A stretch of DNA of 62,980 nucleotides, counting the filler, from Catajapyx aquilonaris (taxonomy: Eukaryota), in NCBI GenBank assembly GCA_000934665.2. It is 2 parts of 2 records of this genome, joined end to end, with 100 filler letters (N's around TTAATTAATTAA, not from the genome) between each part and the next. Parts side by side here need not be neighbours in the genome. Positions count along the whole stretch, not along the records: positions 31,564 to 62,980 come from KZ539163.1; 1 more part is not named here. One strand, given 5' to 3'. Every line of letters starts with the position of its first letter. Positions within the stretch are counted from its first letter, which is position 1. Made by a program: the position numbers and the translations under genes. Under the pieces are notes generated by a model. That model was not told where the DNA came from, made no database searches, and was given only the letters and a program-made list of their open reading frames with translations. Positions 48,801-59,823 of the stretch are shown in pieces.

Positions 48801-51800
48801 ATTTATCTGTTCTGTTGGTAGTGAAAATTTGGGCTTGGAAGGCAATAATTACATTACTCATAGCAGTTCAAAGCAACTGCTTACCTCTCGCCAAGTGAGG
48901 CCAGAGAAACAATGGTCAGTGGCTATTTATTTAGATCCCACATTGGCTGTACATATCAAAATTACATTAAAATACTGGCTTGGGGAACTCCATGCTGGAG
49001 TAAATCGATGTTTGGCCATATAATAACAACCCCATGGATGTTTTTAGCAGCACACATTTCAGGTCAGAAAACCCAGCCTTATACTGGCCCAAGGTTCTTC
49101 ACATGACAAATCATGGTGTCCAAAAATTCTCTGAGGGCTGTTCTAAAATTATTTAAAATTTCATTGTTATTTTTTTTTGCCACAAATGCCCATGCAGGTC
49201 GGCCTAGAGGCACACATTATCGAGAGAATCCTCATGGAGCCGAATGCACTGGTGCCATGGGTGTGGCAGCATCTCCAGGCCATCCAGGAACCACTTTTTG
49301 GTGGTGCAGCACACCCACTCCTGGACAACTGCTTGCAGTTGGCATGTTTTTTTAAATTATGGATCTGAACAGGTAAAAGACACTGGGGGTCAAGCTGGGG
49401 GAGTACAGTGGGTGTGGAAGCACCCAAAGCTGTATCCATGAAAAAAACCATTCGCCTATGCCATTTCAAGGACATTGTTGACTGCAAGCAGTTGTCCGGG
49501 AGTGTGTGCGCCACACCACCTAAAAGTTGTTCCTAGATGGCCTGGAGATGCTGCCACACCATGGCGCCAGTGCATTCGGCTCTAGGAGGATTCTCTCAAT
49601 AATGTGCGCCTATCTGCCGACCTACAGGGGTCCTGTGTGTGGCAAAAAAATTGTACATCACTTTGGAACTGCTCTCGTATACTTGCCAAACTTCCCTCAA
49701 TACAGGGCACCTAAAACTGGTTTCTGACCTGAAAAATTTCCTGCTAAAACATCCATGGGCCTCAAGAACAACCCCATTAGATGGCCAACATTAACTGACA
49801 ATGAAAATATGTTCCCCAAAGCCAGTATTTTGATGCAAGTTTTGTACATTGGCAACTATGAAATCAAAATAAATATTCATCAGTTATGTTTTGGCCCCAA
49901 AAGTAAGCATTTCCTTTGAAGTGCTACAAGTAACATATATTTTATGGTTACAGGAAATCAATTAAGAGACAACATTTCTGTAAGCAGGTATTCTTCATTG
50001 TAGAATAGCCCTGCATGTGCTAATGAAAGTCAGAATGTTTGAGAGACTTACCCATCTCTCCTGAGTCCTTCCTGTTGACCTTAAATCCAAGTTCAGAAAC
50101 ATGCCTAGTGATGTCACTTGCACTGGTTCTCTTTGGATCAAATCTAACTACACCTTCCTTAGATTGCAGATCAACTCGTACATCTGTGACTCCTTCTTTG
50201 CTGCCCAATGACCCTTGTATCTTATTGACACAATTGTTGCACTTCATGCCTTCAATGTGAAGTGTGCATTCCTCAAATTCCAAATCCCCTTCATGTGCAG
50301 GCTCTGGACTTGTTGGTTCATTCTTCTCCTCACTGTTCTTGATAGATGTGGTAAAACCAAGTTTCTCAACTGCACTTCGGAATGCCTCAGGTGAGGTCAC
50401 GTCCGGGTCATACTCGATATTAGCACTAGTTGTGGTGAGGTCAACCTATAAGAAATGACACTTCTGTAAGATTTATTTTTAAAGTTAAATACATAATAAC
50501 AGTGCTGGCGCGTACGGGTCGCAGGGCTCGGAAATTCAGGGCCCCCGCCGAGTTGGTTACATTATTTTATTTGTGAGATATTTGCCGTGAAACACAGGTT
50601 CCAATTTTTTTCTTCTTCAGATGAATAGTATAGGAGGTAAATTCGGTGGCTGCGTCAGGGGAAATCAGCTATACAAACAGCTGCAGAAGGGCCCCTACAA
50701 ATTTCGGGGCTCAGAGAGGGAAGCTGCGTCTTTGCCTCGGATGGCAAGCCGTTGCACATAGCACCACAATGACAATTTCACATTATGCATAAGCTTACAC
50801 TTTTATCACAAGCTCCGGCACAACTTTAAATAAATTTGCTCTCATTTACTGATAATAATCAAACTTGTAGGGACCTGCATCGCTTTAGCAGTTGAATACC
50901 TGAAATTTATTTATAAAGGTTCTTGTCAATTGACGTCGAAAATATGAATTAATTTCATAATAATCGTACCTCTAACAAAGGTAACAAACCCAAGAGGACC
51001 CCGCTTTGCAGGGCCCCCTCAGGCAAGGGACCCGGGGCGGTCGCCTCGCTCGCCCCCGCACGCGAAGGCGCAGCATAATAAGATAAAATAACACTGGTTT
51101 CTCATTGTATGCAGCAGCTCTGGGGGGGNCGGGGAGGGGGGCATGCGGGGCGGGGTCCTCTTGAGTTTGTAACATGTGTAACTTTTTTAGAGGTATGAAT
51201 GTTATGGAATTAATATGTATTTTGATGTCAATTAACAAGAACCTTAAAGATTAAATTTCAAGTTTCTGAGTGGCATGGTGGTCTAGTGGTTACGCCACTG
51301 GCCAGCCAACTGCTAAAGTGATGTGGGGCCCCTACAAGTTCAATTATTAGCAAACGAGAGCAAATTTATTTAAAGTTGCGCGGAGGCTCTTGTGATAAAG
51401 GTATTAGCTTCTGCATAATGTGAAATTGTCATCGTGGTGCTATGTGCAAGGGCTGGCCCTCTGAGTTAAAGACGCAGTCCCCTCTCTGGGCCCCGAATTT
51501 TGAAGGGGCCCCCACTGAGTCTGTGTTGTATAGTGGATTTCCGCTAACGCAACTGCCGAATCTGCCTCCCACACAATTCATTTGAAAAACATTTTGACCC
51601 TGTGTTTGACTGCAAATATGTCACAAATAAAAAGTCCATAATATTTACTCAAAGTCTCATTAGAGACCTAGTTTAAATATGTGTAACACATAAGAATGGC
51701 CACATTTGCTGTAATTCACTACTTATAACATAGAAAAGTTTTTTCGTGGCCCTGCGAGATGAAGTCTATTTGAGAATTTTTGGGGAAAGAAATGTTCAAT

Positions 51801-54800
51801 TAAAAAATTGCATTTGAAACCATCGATGATGCTGACATTTTCAGGTCTGCCTCTGGCTTTATAATGGCGTTATTTATGATCGTTTAATTGTAATTAAGAC
51901 AAGAAAACCCAGGTATCCTGTCTATTTGTGGTGGAAAAAATTCGTTGATTTCAATGTCAGAGTCTCAGCATTACTTCTGGCACGATTACAGTGTTATTTC
52001 CAAAAAATTTCTGGACTGACCCAGCCAAATTAGGCCATGCAGTCATTCAATTGACGCATTTTTGCAATCTACTAATACAGTACATTAAGTCACATCATCT
52101 TCACTCTTGCCTCCCCTTCCATCTTCTTATCCTTTTCCTACCTCCTTTTTCCATAGCAAATAGACGCGATAACTGGGTTTTGGTTTGTCTTAATTACAAT
52201 TAAATGATCAGAAATAAGGCTATTGGAGAGCCATAGTCTGCCGTGAAAATGTTGGACCCGTTTATTGTTTAAAAGGCAATTGTTTTGCTTGACCACTTAC
52301 TTTGCAAAAAATTCATAACTACGAGTCGTAGAGCAAGGCTATCTAAAATTTATAGCCTCCAGTCCCCGTGACCCATAGGCACCGGTGCTGGTATGCAGTG
52401 TAGATGCAACTTGTGGCTAACATCGAGGGAGTAGAGCTACCCACTGCAGCAGGGAGAGGCCACCCCATTCCCCTTGTTTACAACCAATATGGTGCCAGTC
52501 ATTTTTAAGCTGGTCCATCTGACAATGGCATGTTACATACATGATAAATGGTCTACCATTTTGCTGATAAAGCACTCTCTAGGGCTGGCCCTTGCCTCCT
52601 TGTAGCGCGACAAGACCTGCATCAGTCTGTATGTCTATAAACAGGTGCCACAACTCAGCCCATCAAGTAGTGGCCAAGCATGGGCAGACACCAATGTTTA
52701 TATTTCTCTGATTTTGGTCTCTGATCACTACCAACAAACACATCTAAGCATGCGTGGTAGGCTACATCCAGTCCCAGGATCATATGCTTAATGCTTAACT
52801 CCCACCTGCCACCACTCATAAACAGTTGTCTCCAGCCTCCCAAACTTCACTTCTTCTCAGTGTTGTCACCATCCTGGCAGTGGTAGAGAGGCTGGAGGGA
52901 TGGGTCAAGTCAAAAGAAAAATCTAACACAATCTAATTTTATTTTGACTTTGGCCATGTCCCCATACGATCCTCTCTCCCACCCTTTCCCTCTCACATCC
53001 CCACTTTCACACGCTACACTGCAATTGTCAGGCTTAGAAGTTGCCTGTACACTGCATACCATGTTAAACCAGCATAATAGTGTGTAATTTGATTACCATT
53101 ACAATTCCGAACACAAAGTTTAAATAAAATAAAAGTGATCATCATTGAAAAGGGTGCTGCTTTCCAAAACTTACATTTATGGACTAAAGAATGCTTAACA
53201 TACAAGCTCGGGTAACAGTAGGATTCAGGATTCATCTACCACTACTATAAAAATGAACATTCAAATTCCTGCACATTCCAACTAACTCCTGCAGCCCTTT
53301 GAGTTGCTTTTCTTTAATGCGAATTTGCAATATTTTGACTGTTGCATGTCATTTGATTCTCACTTTTCTGCAATTGCCAGTGATGCCTAAACATGCATCA
53401 CATGAATCAGCTTCTGTTCAGATATCAAGTTATTTGGGGTACCGATTGTTGTTGTTTTTGTTGTTTTTGTTGTTGTTTTTTTGGTGGGGGGGGGGGGGGG
53501 GGGNGGGGGATTTCGTTAAATGCTGCTACAATTTAGTGAAAGGGCTTCATTATAAGTCTACTGCATTTACCTCAGGCTCAAAATACAGGGTGTTTCACTA
53601 AGTAGTCTGCACAAAGAACCAGCTGTATTTTTCTTCCCACTCAACCTAGAACCATGAGGCTTGGTTTAAAGTGTACCGTAGTTCATGGGAATGTAGCATC
53701 TTTCACAAAAAATGATGTAATTGGCCTTCAACTACCTCCATACGCACTCGAACACGACACTATGCGAATCTCCTTATTAGCGAAGGTCCTCTCCCCAGCA
53801 TATCGACATCAACAGACCGGAATGCTGCATTGATGTTGCTGTCCCAGCCTTCTAGTCTTATTGCTGTAAGCTCGACTCTTTAAATATCCCTATTTGTGGC
53901 GTTTTGGCAGGTTAAAACAGAACACCCAGGTTCTTGTGACAAATGTTGTAATGACTTTTTCGGTGATGCCAGCAGGCTATACTTCACTTATTCATTTTTT
54001 CTTCCTCCTAAGGAGGTCCTTTACCATTGCATTGGTCCAAAACACTCACAAGAGGGGGATATGAAGTGGGCTCCGTCAGATTTGCAGGAAACTTGCACAG
54101 TAGGTGTATCACAGGCCTACAATTTCACTGGTATGGACCATTTTCTGCTACGTTTTAGATCTATGAGGAACAATAGATCCGCATGGGTGCATTCAGGAGA
54201 GTAAGGTAAGGGGACGGGAAGCGCTAGGAAAGCGAGCTGTTCAGTTTCCAGGGGCACCCAGCTAGTAAACAACAAGGTAACCATCAGCGCAATTCTCCAG
54301 GGAGGGTTCGAATAATCTTCAGGACCAATTTTTTATGTTTGCTTTATTTCCGTCCCGCATTACCTTTACCCTGTACCCATAATGCCAGTGCCCTACATGC
54401 CTACAGGATGACTGGGATTATCGAGATGTAAATATACATCCTTGGGCGACTGTATACAATCATCGAGAACCTCAAGCACCAAGTCGAACACTTTTTTCCG
54501 ATCAGTTGTTCTAATGCACTTGTGGCCTTATTTTTCTCGAAATCTTTCCAGCAATACATTTTGTATTGCCCCACAAGAAGTCAGAACTGAAGCAATATTT
54601 TTGAAACTGACACATTGGAAAGGGTTGGGGGATCTCCATTGTGAAACACAAATCAACGATTGAAGGAAAACAAGTAAAAAATAATATTAACCCTTAACTA
54701 CTTACGTGGAGCCTGAGTGGCCCCAACAACTATTTAATTAAACGTATGTAACTTTCTAATTTAATTCCCCCCCCCCCCCCNTTCCGTGAATTTGTGACAA

Positions 54801-56688
54801 GAACATTCCTAAGCATGAAAATGAGGGGGATAATTTTTTAAGTCACTATTCTTTGGCTGAAAAAAATTCATAAGGAGGAATAGGTCCCACCTGGAGCCGT
54901 TAAGTGCTGCAGCAAGTGGGTGATAAGAGTCAGCCCACCAGTGACTTAATAAGTCATAAACAATGCCCGTTTTTCTGTCGGAATATGCTGACTCAGCGTC
55001 TGATTTTTATGTTTTCGGAAGCTTAATGATCTGAACTGAACTTTCTGCATGTGAAAAGTCCACTATAACAATTTAGCTGATAAGCAGAGAGTTAAATATA
55101 CCGTTGGGGCCGCTCAGGCCCCACCTAAGCAGTTAAAGGTGTTTCGGCCACCTAAGTAGTTTAGGGTTAAACCAGGCCTCACTTGTAAAGCAGCTTGCCA
55201 AGGGAACAACAACTGAAGATGATTCTAAAGTGATTCGAACCCTCCCTGGAGAATTGCACTGTTGGTTACCTTGTTGTTTACTAGCTGGGTGCCTCTGGAA
55301 ACTGAACAGCCTGTTTTCCTAGCGCTTCCCGTCCCCTTACCTTACTCTCCTGAACGCACCCATGTGGATCTATTGTTCCTCATAGATCTAAAACGGCTGG
55401 CTGTAGCAGACAATGGCCCATACCAGTGAAATTGTAGCCCTGTGATACACCTACTGTGCAAGTTTCATGCAACTCTGACAGAGCCCACTTCATATCCCCC
55501 CCTTGTCAGTGCAGCAATCTGGACTATTAATGTTGATTATCTGAGGAGACCTTCGAAAATAAGGAGATTTGTGTTGCGTTCGAGTGTGTATAAAGGTCGC
55601 TGAAGGCCAATTGCGAATGGTGCTACTTTCCCACAAACTAAGGTGCATTTTAAACCAAACCTTATGTTTCTAGGTTGAGTGGGAAGAAAAATACAGCTGG
55701 TCCTTTGGGGGGACTACTTAGTGAAACACCCTGTACAATGACTGACCCATGTAAAATTATCTGCTATTCTAAAGGGAAGAGAGATGGACTGAGGTCAAAT
55801 CAACTGAGCCCAGAGGAAAGGATATGTGATTACAGTGCATCATCGATTATCCGAACAGAGTCTGCCCAGGGGGTGTTCGAATGACTGATTGTTTGGATAA
55901 CTGATCATTTAGGGAAAACAATTGTACCGGTGTCATATAGGAGCAATATGAAACCAAGAAACAGTGATATTAACCACAAAACTGTATATTATCTGTCACA
56001 GGCACGTCATAAAAATACTGTACATATACCTTAGTGCTCTTACATGAAGTAGTCCTACAGTTTAGGGGGGAATTTTTGCCGACCCGAAAACTTTCGGTTA
56101 ACCGATGGTTCGGTTGATCGGTGTTTGGATAATCGATGCTCCACTGAATTTAAGGTTACAAAATGTAGCTTGTTCAAACAACCAGAGTCATTAAACACTG
56201 AATTCACCCATAGGGCGGAATCACCTCTTGCATATTTTTACATGAAATTAAATAAAAATAACAATCTCTGCATCCATGAATAACAAGCAGTATGGCCCAT
56301 TTTTCCTTCCAACAGCACAATTACCTTAATCCATGCCACGCCTGGCTTCCCTGATATAGTTCCTTCAATCTTCCTCACACATGACCCACACTTCATACCC
56401 TGGATGTCTAGTGTGGCTATGCGTGGCTGAGAGGGTAGGGAGGCCTCAAAGCCCATTGAATCCACATATGACCTAAGTGTGTCTGGGTCTGTGAGTCGGG
56501 GGTCATAAGTCACCTCCCCGAGCTTCTTCTGAATGTCAACGTTGACATGCAGAACACCTGGCTTCTCAGAGAGACTGACCTCCACACTTCTTACACAGGC
56601 TTGAGAAGTCATGCCTTCAATGTGGACTGCCACATGTTGTGGCGTGGGGACCATGCTGGCCCGAACCCCTGTTTCTTCCACAATCATT
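33558..56688 (-). CDS. ATP7: Copper-transporting P1B-type ATPase, partial (5 MBDs to ~TM5; rest lost at the linker); exons 56325-56688, 50052-50445, 43136-43668, 41198-41461, 40513-40746, 39324-39464, 39148-39256, 33558-33811
   Basis: HMA domains GMxCxx[86 protein letters not shown]; splice phases consistent. Confidence 0.96.
34019..34289 (+). mobile_element. tRNA-derived SINE with V-domain-like core (B box deleted)
   Basis: A box TGGTCTAGTGG; core GTTCTCTCCGTGTTCGCATGGGTTTTCTCGGGG..TTTCCT; (ATC/ATT)n tail. Confidence 0.8.
34452..35475. mobile_element. 1,024-bp near-perfect foldback DNA element (~470-bp arms)
   Basis: ACTACTATCCGTTTATTTAATATAGAGCCC... is mirrored at the right end with few mismatches; flanked by AG/AG. 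Confidence 0.93.
35817..36458 (-). mobile_element. Head-to-tail dimer of V-domain-like tRNA SINEs (35817-36136 and 36138-36458)
   Basis: A box TGGCCGAGTGG, B box GTTCGATCC, (ATT)n tails; 15-bp TSD ATTCAATTTGC(C/A)TTA flanks the pair. Confidence 0.9.
36563..36840. repeat. AT-rich low-complexity and (ATT)n tract
   Basis: Direct reading. Confidence 0.9.
37110..37391 (+). mobile_element. tRNA-derived SINE, second family
   Basis: A box TGGTCTAGTGG, degenerate B box, (AAAC)n tail; 17-bp TSD ACAGT(C/A)ATATCCAATAG. Confidence 0.85.
37516..38155. repeat. Foldback element, ~150-200-bp arms
   Basis: ACAAGGAACATATCTC.GGTGATAATAACAGATCTTGATGAA mirrored at 38113-38155. Confidence 0.8.
38172..38436 (-). 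mobile_element. tRNA-derived SINE, third family (other copies ~46500-46728 on +, 59533-59823 on -)
   Basis: tRNA-like head and AGGCCACAGCCGC..CCTTCC core shared by three copies. Confidence 0.8.
39934..40374. mobile_element. Tc1/mariner-type MITE
   Basis: TA|CAGGGTGAAGGGAAACTC ... GAGTTTCCCTGCACCCTG|TA; ~115-bp arms. Confidence 0.85.
42393..42876. mobile_element. Non-autonomous TIR element, superfamily unclear
   Basis: GAGGACGTTCCTAAAAGCAC / GTGCTTTTAGGAACGTCCTC, flanked by CAG/CAG. Confidence 0.75.
44494..45889. mobile_element. Non-autonomous hAT element with a nested hairpin MITE (45407-45566)
   Basis: 8-bp TSD CTCACTTG; TIR CAGCACTGGTGC / GCGCCGGCGCTG; GGGCCC-rich subterminal regions. 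Confidence 0.85.
46893..47226 (+). mobile_element. SINE-like element with poly(A) tail
   Basis: B box GTTCGAACC; shared CCCTAA..GGGGTA tail followed by an A-run. Confidence 0.6.
47424..48156. mobile_element. Foldback MITE (~300-bp arms)
   Basis: GGGTCATTCAGATGAAAA..GCCA / TGGCTCGTTTTCATCTGAATGAGCC. Confidence 0.8.
48160..48524 (-). mobile_element. tRNA-derived SINE, fourth family
   Basis: A box TGGCCGAGATGG, B box GTTCGATCC, (AAT)n tail, TSD GAATGAGCCTAA. Confidence 0.8.
49031..49760. mobile_element. Foldback element sharing internal arms with 32734-33270
   Basis: CCCATGGATGTTTT.AGCAG / CTGCTAAAACATCCATGGG; interior homologous to 32790-33240. Confidence 0.75.
50500..52390. mobile_element. 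Composite hAT-like non-autonomous element(s) related to 44494-45889
   Basis: Ends CAGTGCTGGCGC / GCACCGGTGCTG; internal IR ~50560-50940 vs ~51220-51630; 51830-52140 is an inverted homolog of 44740-45040. Confidence 0.6.
53586..55733. mobile_element. 2.1-kb Tc1/mariner-type foldback element
   Basis: TA|CAGGGTGTTTCACTAAGTAGTC ... GACTACTTAGTGAAACACCCTG|TA; arms 53586-54312 vs 55236-55733. Confidence 0.88.
54691..55166. mobile_element. piggyBac-type MITE (family of 8711-9239) nested in the foldback
   Basis: TTAA TSDs; CCCTTAACTAC terminus; interior homologous to the 8711 copy. Confidence 0.85.
55833..56145. mobile_element. Tigger/pogo-type MITE
   Basis: CAGTGCATCATCGATTATCCGAACA / TGTTTGGATAATCGATGCTCCACTG. 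Confidence 0.7.
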
Positions 56689-56786
56689 CTGCAAGAAGAG
56701 AGGATATGTAATTAATCATTACAGTGCCACGTACACACAGCCAAAATATTGTAAAATTCACTTCAACCAACAAATTTTTTTCTATT

Positions 56787-57041
56787 AAGCCGCGTTTACA
56801 TGTGGGCGATTTGATAGGCAATGTCATCGCCTAGCCATGAAATCTTAATGAAAGCAGTGATTTGGGCCAAAAGAGCAATCGCGTTTAAGAAGGGAGGGCG
56901 TTGGCAATGACATTGCTCACGTCTGTTTGAAATAGACGATGGTGATGTATAAGTGCTATCGCTTGTGTCAAGACGTCAGAACCACTACAACTCACAGGCG
57001 ATGCCATCGCCGATCAAATCGTCCACATGTAAACGCGGCTT
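56787..57041. mobile_element. PIF/Harbinger-like MITE
   Basis: AAGCCGCGTTTACATGTGG / CCACATGTAAACGCGGCTT. Confidence 0.8.
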
Positions 57042-57403
57042 CATGCCTCGTGCTGTAATACTGAAGAAACATTCCAACTTGGTTCAAATTATGTTACCTA
57101 ATGTCATTTCAGCTGGCCTCATTACATGAGCCATGTAGCCCTGCAGTAATTAATAATTATACAGTGATTCCCTATTTCATTTATTATTATTAGGAACAAC
57201 TTACACAAGCTCTTATGGCAGTTCACAACAAAAATGATCCTGCAACACATCCTTAAACAGACTTTTCAGTGGGTTTGTTTGGGGGGATATGTGTGTGTGG
57301 CATATTAATAACTATCTGTCAAGGTTATAAGACTGGGGTGACCATCCATGAAATTACCCCTGATATGGATGTGAGCTAAATTCGGAAACATGTACCCTAT
57401 GTA

Positions 57404-57642
57404 CAGTTGACTACGGATATAACAGCCTCGGTCATAACGGACTCGAGAGGCCAGTCCGCCATACTTCCATAAGGCCCTGTGGATTTTTACTCCTGATATA
57501 ACATACTCATTTTCACCTCTCATCTATGTTGTCATTCATTTTGTATATTTGTTGCAAAAGTGACAATTTGGCTATAACTGACCTCAGTTATAACACACTT
57601 TTTTCCGCAGTCCTTGAAGTCTGTTATATCCGGAGTCAACTG
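57404..57642. mobile_element. Tigger/pogo-type MITE
   Basis: TA|CAGTTGACTACGGATATAACAG ... CTGTTATATCCGGAGTCAACTG|TA. Confidence 0.85.
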
Positions 57643-59416
57643 TATAATATAATAGTAAGCAGCCCAGAGTACCCAGCATACACTTTCTATTTGATTTTTA
57701 AGGTGAATAACAAGTACTAGCAGCACATTATTCCCAACACTTTGGCATGCTTTTCTTATGGGAGCGTATCAGCAATAATATTGTGGCCGTAGTTAGTACA
57801 TGTACAAGTTCCAAGTCTTTCTAGCTGACATTTGATATATGCGTAGGCACTATTAAAGTAAGGATTTGGAAAAGATTACCTGCACTGGATAATAATGTCA
57901 CATGTCATTTTGGTTCAATTATTATTATTAACAGAGGTTTGGCTGCAGAACTTACTCATCTTTTGCCATTTGGAATGAGGGAGAGGAATCATTCCTGACC
58001 TCTGATGTGTGCTGTTAATAGGCTGCTTATAAACTTGGTCACTTGGCCAGCAACAGATAAAGTACTACAACATAATTTTGGGTTTCTTAGGAATTTCCTG
58101 CCATAATATGTCGATGAAGAATGGATTTTTCACTACAGTAACACATACCGGTACTTTAGATAGTGCAGGCAGATAAATATTGACACTTAACCTTTTTATG
58201 GCAGGAAGCTATGTGACTTAGTAAAACACTGCCACTACATCCAAGAGAGTACCACTTGGTATTGCTTGTGACACCAAACTAAAAGATTTAATACTATGTT
58301 GCAGGAAAAAATACTTACATGCTCGTTTCCATCCGAAATTATTCACATTGTCCAAAAACGAGACTGAAGGCTGGAGTGCATAATTGATACCAAATCCAGA
58401 ACAAGTGATTAATCGTGCGTGACTAACCTGGATCAACCACTTGTTCCGCATTTACCATTGAGCATGCAACAGGCCTTAGTCACAGTTAAGTTACACACAA
58501 CAAATCAAATTCCTACAATCTAGTGGTCATTACACAAATATTATCTCTTTAACTGCTGCTTATACATGGAAAATATGGTAATGTTGTTATCCTCTGTGAA
58601 CAAGCCTAAGAGCACCCATAATACAACAGTACATATGTAAATGCACACGTGCAGATGAAAAGTGCATAAAATTAGTTAAGTTGAAATGTGAGTAGCCTAG
58701 AAAGTTCACTAGATGTTACAGTCCTTCAGGCACATAACCAGTGTACTATTCAAGCACAGAACATTCAAGTCATGTCCTTGATCAATTGTATGCCAATCGG
58801 GGCACCGCAATTTATGCACCTAACAGCTGGTCCACACAAGTGCACATATTGAGAGCACAATAACCACATAAAAGAGGGCAACATTTTTTTCTCAACTCCA
58901 CCCAGCTTAACACATGGGACTTTTAACATTTTATGCTTCACAACACTCACTCATCAAAAATTTTGAATTTGCCATAGGCCATAACTAACTGACCAACAGT
59001 ATAAAAAATACAAATAAAAGCATAAGTGGAGCCCCTCAGATAGTTGAATCTCCACTCTGATAAATCCTAAGCCACCTCACTGAATTAAGGCAGTGGCAAA
59101 GTTCCAAATGGAAAAGGCCACACATTTCATTACTGCCAAGGCAATGCAATTCTCAAAGGGCCTGTCATGAGTCAAAACTTACTACTCCCTAAGTTACTTT
59201 AGTATGCCCTAAATAAGCTGATTACAAAATACTAGATTCTGCTAATATAAAATACAGCTAGGCATGACTGGCCCATTTTATTATTTTAGTCCTGACTCAA
59301 TCATCCATTGACAGATGTAGGACCTAGACCTCAAAACATTCAAGCATGAAATTTAACAATGCAGTGCTCCATAGTCTATACTGAAGGCCAGTGCTCTTTC
59401 TCTATTGAAGTGGGAA

Positions 59417-59489
59417 ATTCATGGGACCCAAATACATAGAGATATGTCATCCTGGATGACATATCTATATGTATTTGGGTCCCATGAAT
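59417..59489. repeat. 73-bp palindrome (36-bp arms, 1 mismatch, 1-nt spacer)
   Basis: ATTCATGGGACCCAAATACATAGAGATATGTCATCC-T-GGATGACATATCTATATGTATTTGGGTCCCATGAAT. Confidence 0.9.
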
Positions 59490-59532
59490 AAAAGATCGTG
59501 CTCCAGGATTGATAAAATTCTTCCAGCAATAT

Positions 59533-59823
59533 AATAATAATAATAATAATTCATACCCCGTTATCAGCCATCGGCTCTTTAGGGGGGGGAAGTTTGTTTT
59601 GCCTGGAACTCTTTGCTTTCATTTTACTGTGCTCTTTGGGATAGGATAGGGACGGAAGGAAGCGGCTGTGGCCTATTAATTACGGAAGCAACTCCGGAAT
59701 TTCCCTGGAAGGACCGTGGGAAACCACAGAAAACCACGGTCAGAGTTGCCGGTCCCGGGATTCGAACCCAGGACCTCCCGATTAGCAGTCGGACGCCTTA
59801 TCCACTATGCCAACCTGCTTCGG
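59533..59823 (-). mobile_element. tRNA-derived SINE, third family, well preserved
   Basis: A box TGGCATAGTGG, B box GTTCGAATCC, TSD TCCAGCAATAT, (ATT)n tail. Confidence 0.88.

Noticed and set aside
58425..58460. Upstream ATP7 exon at a CAG|GTTAGT donor
   Set aside because: The frame compatible with the 56688 acceptor contains a stop and there is no ATP7-like sequence; it could only be UTR, which is unsupported.
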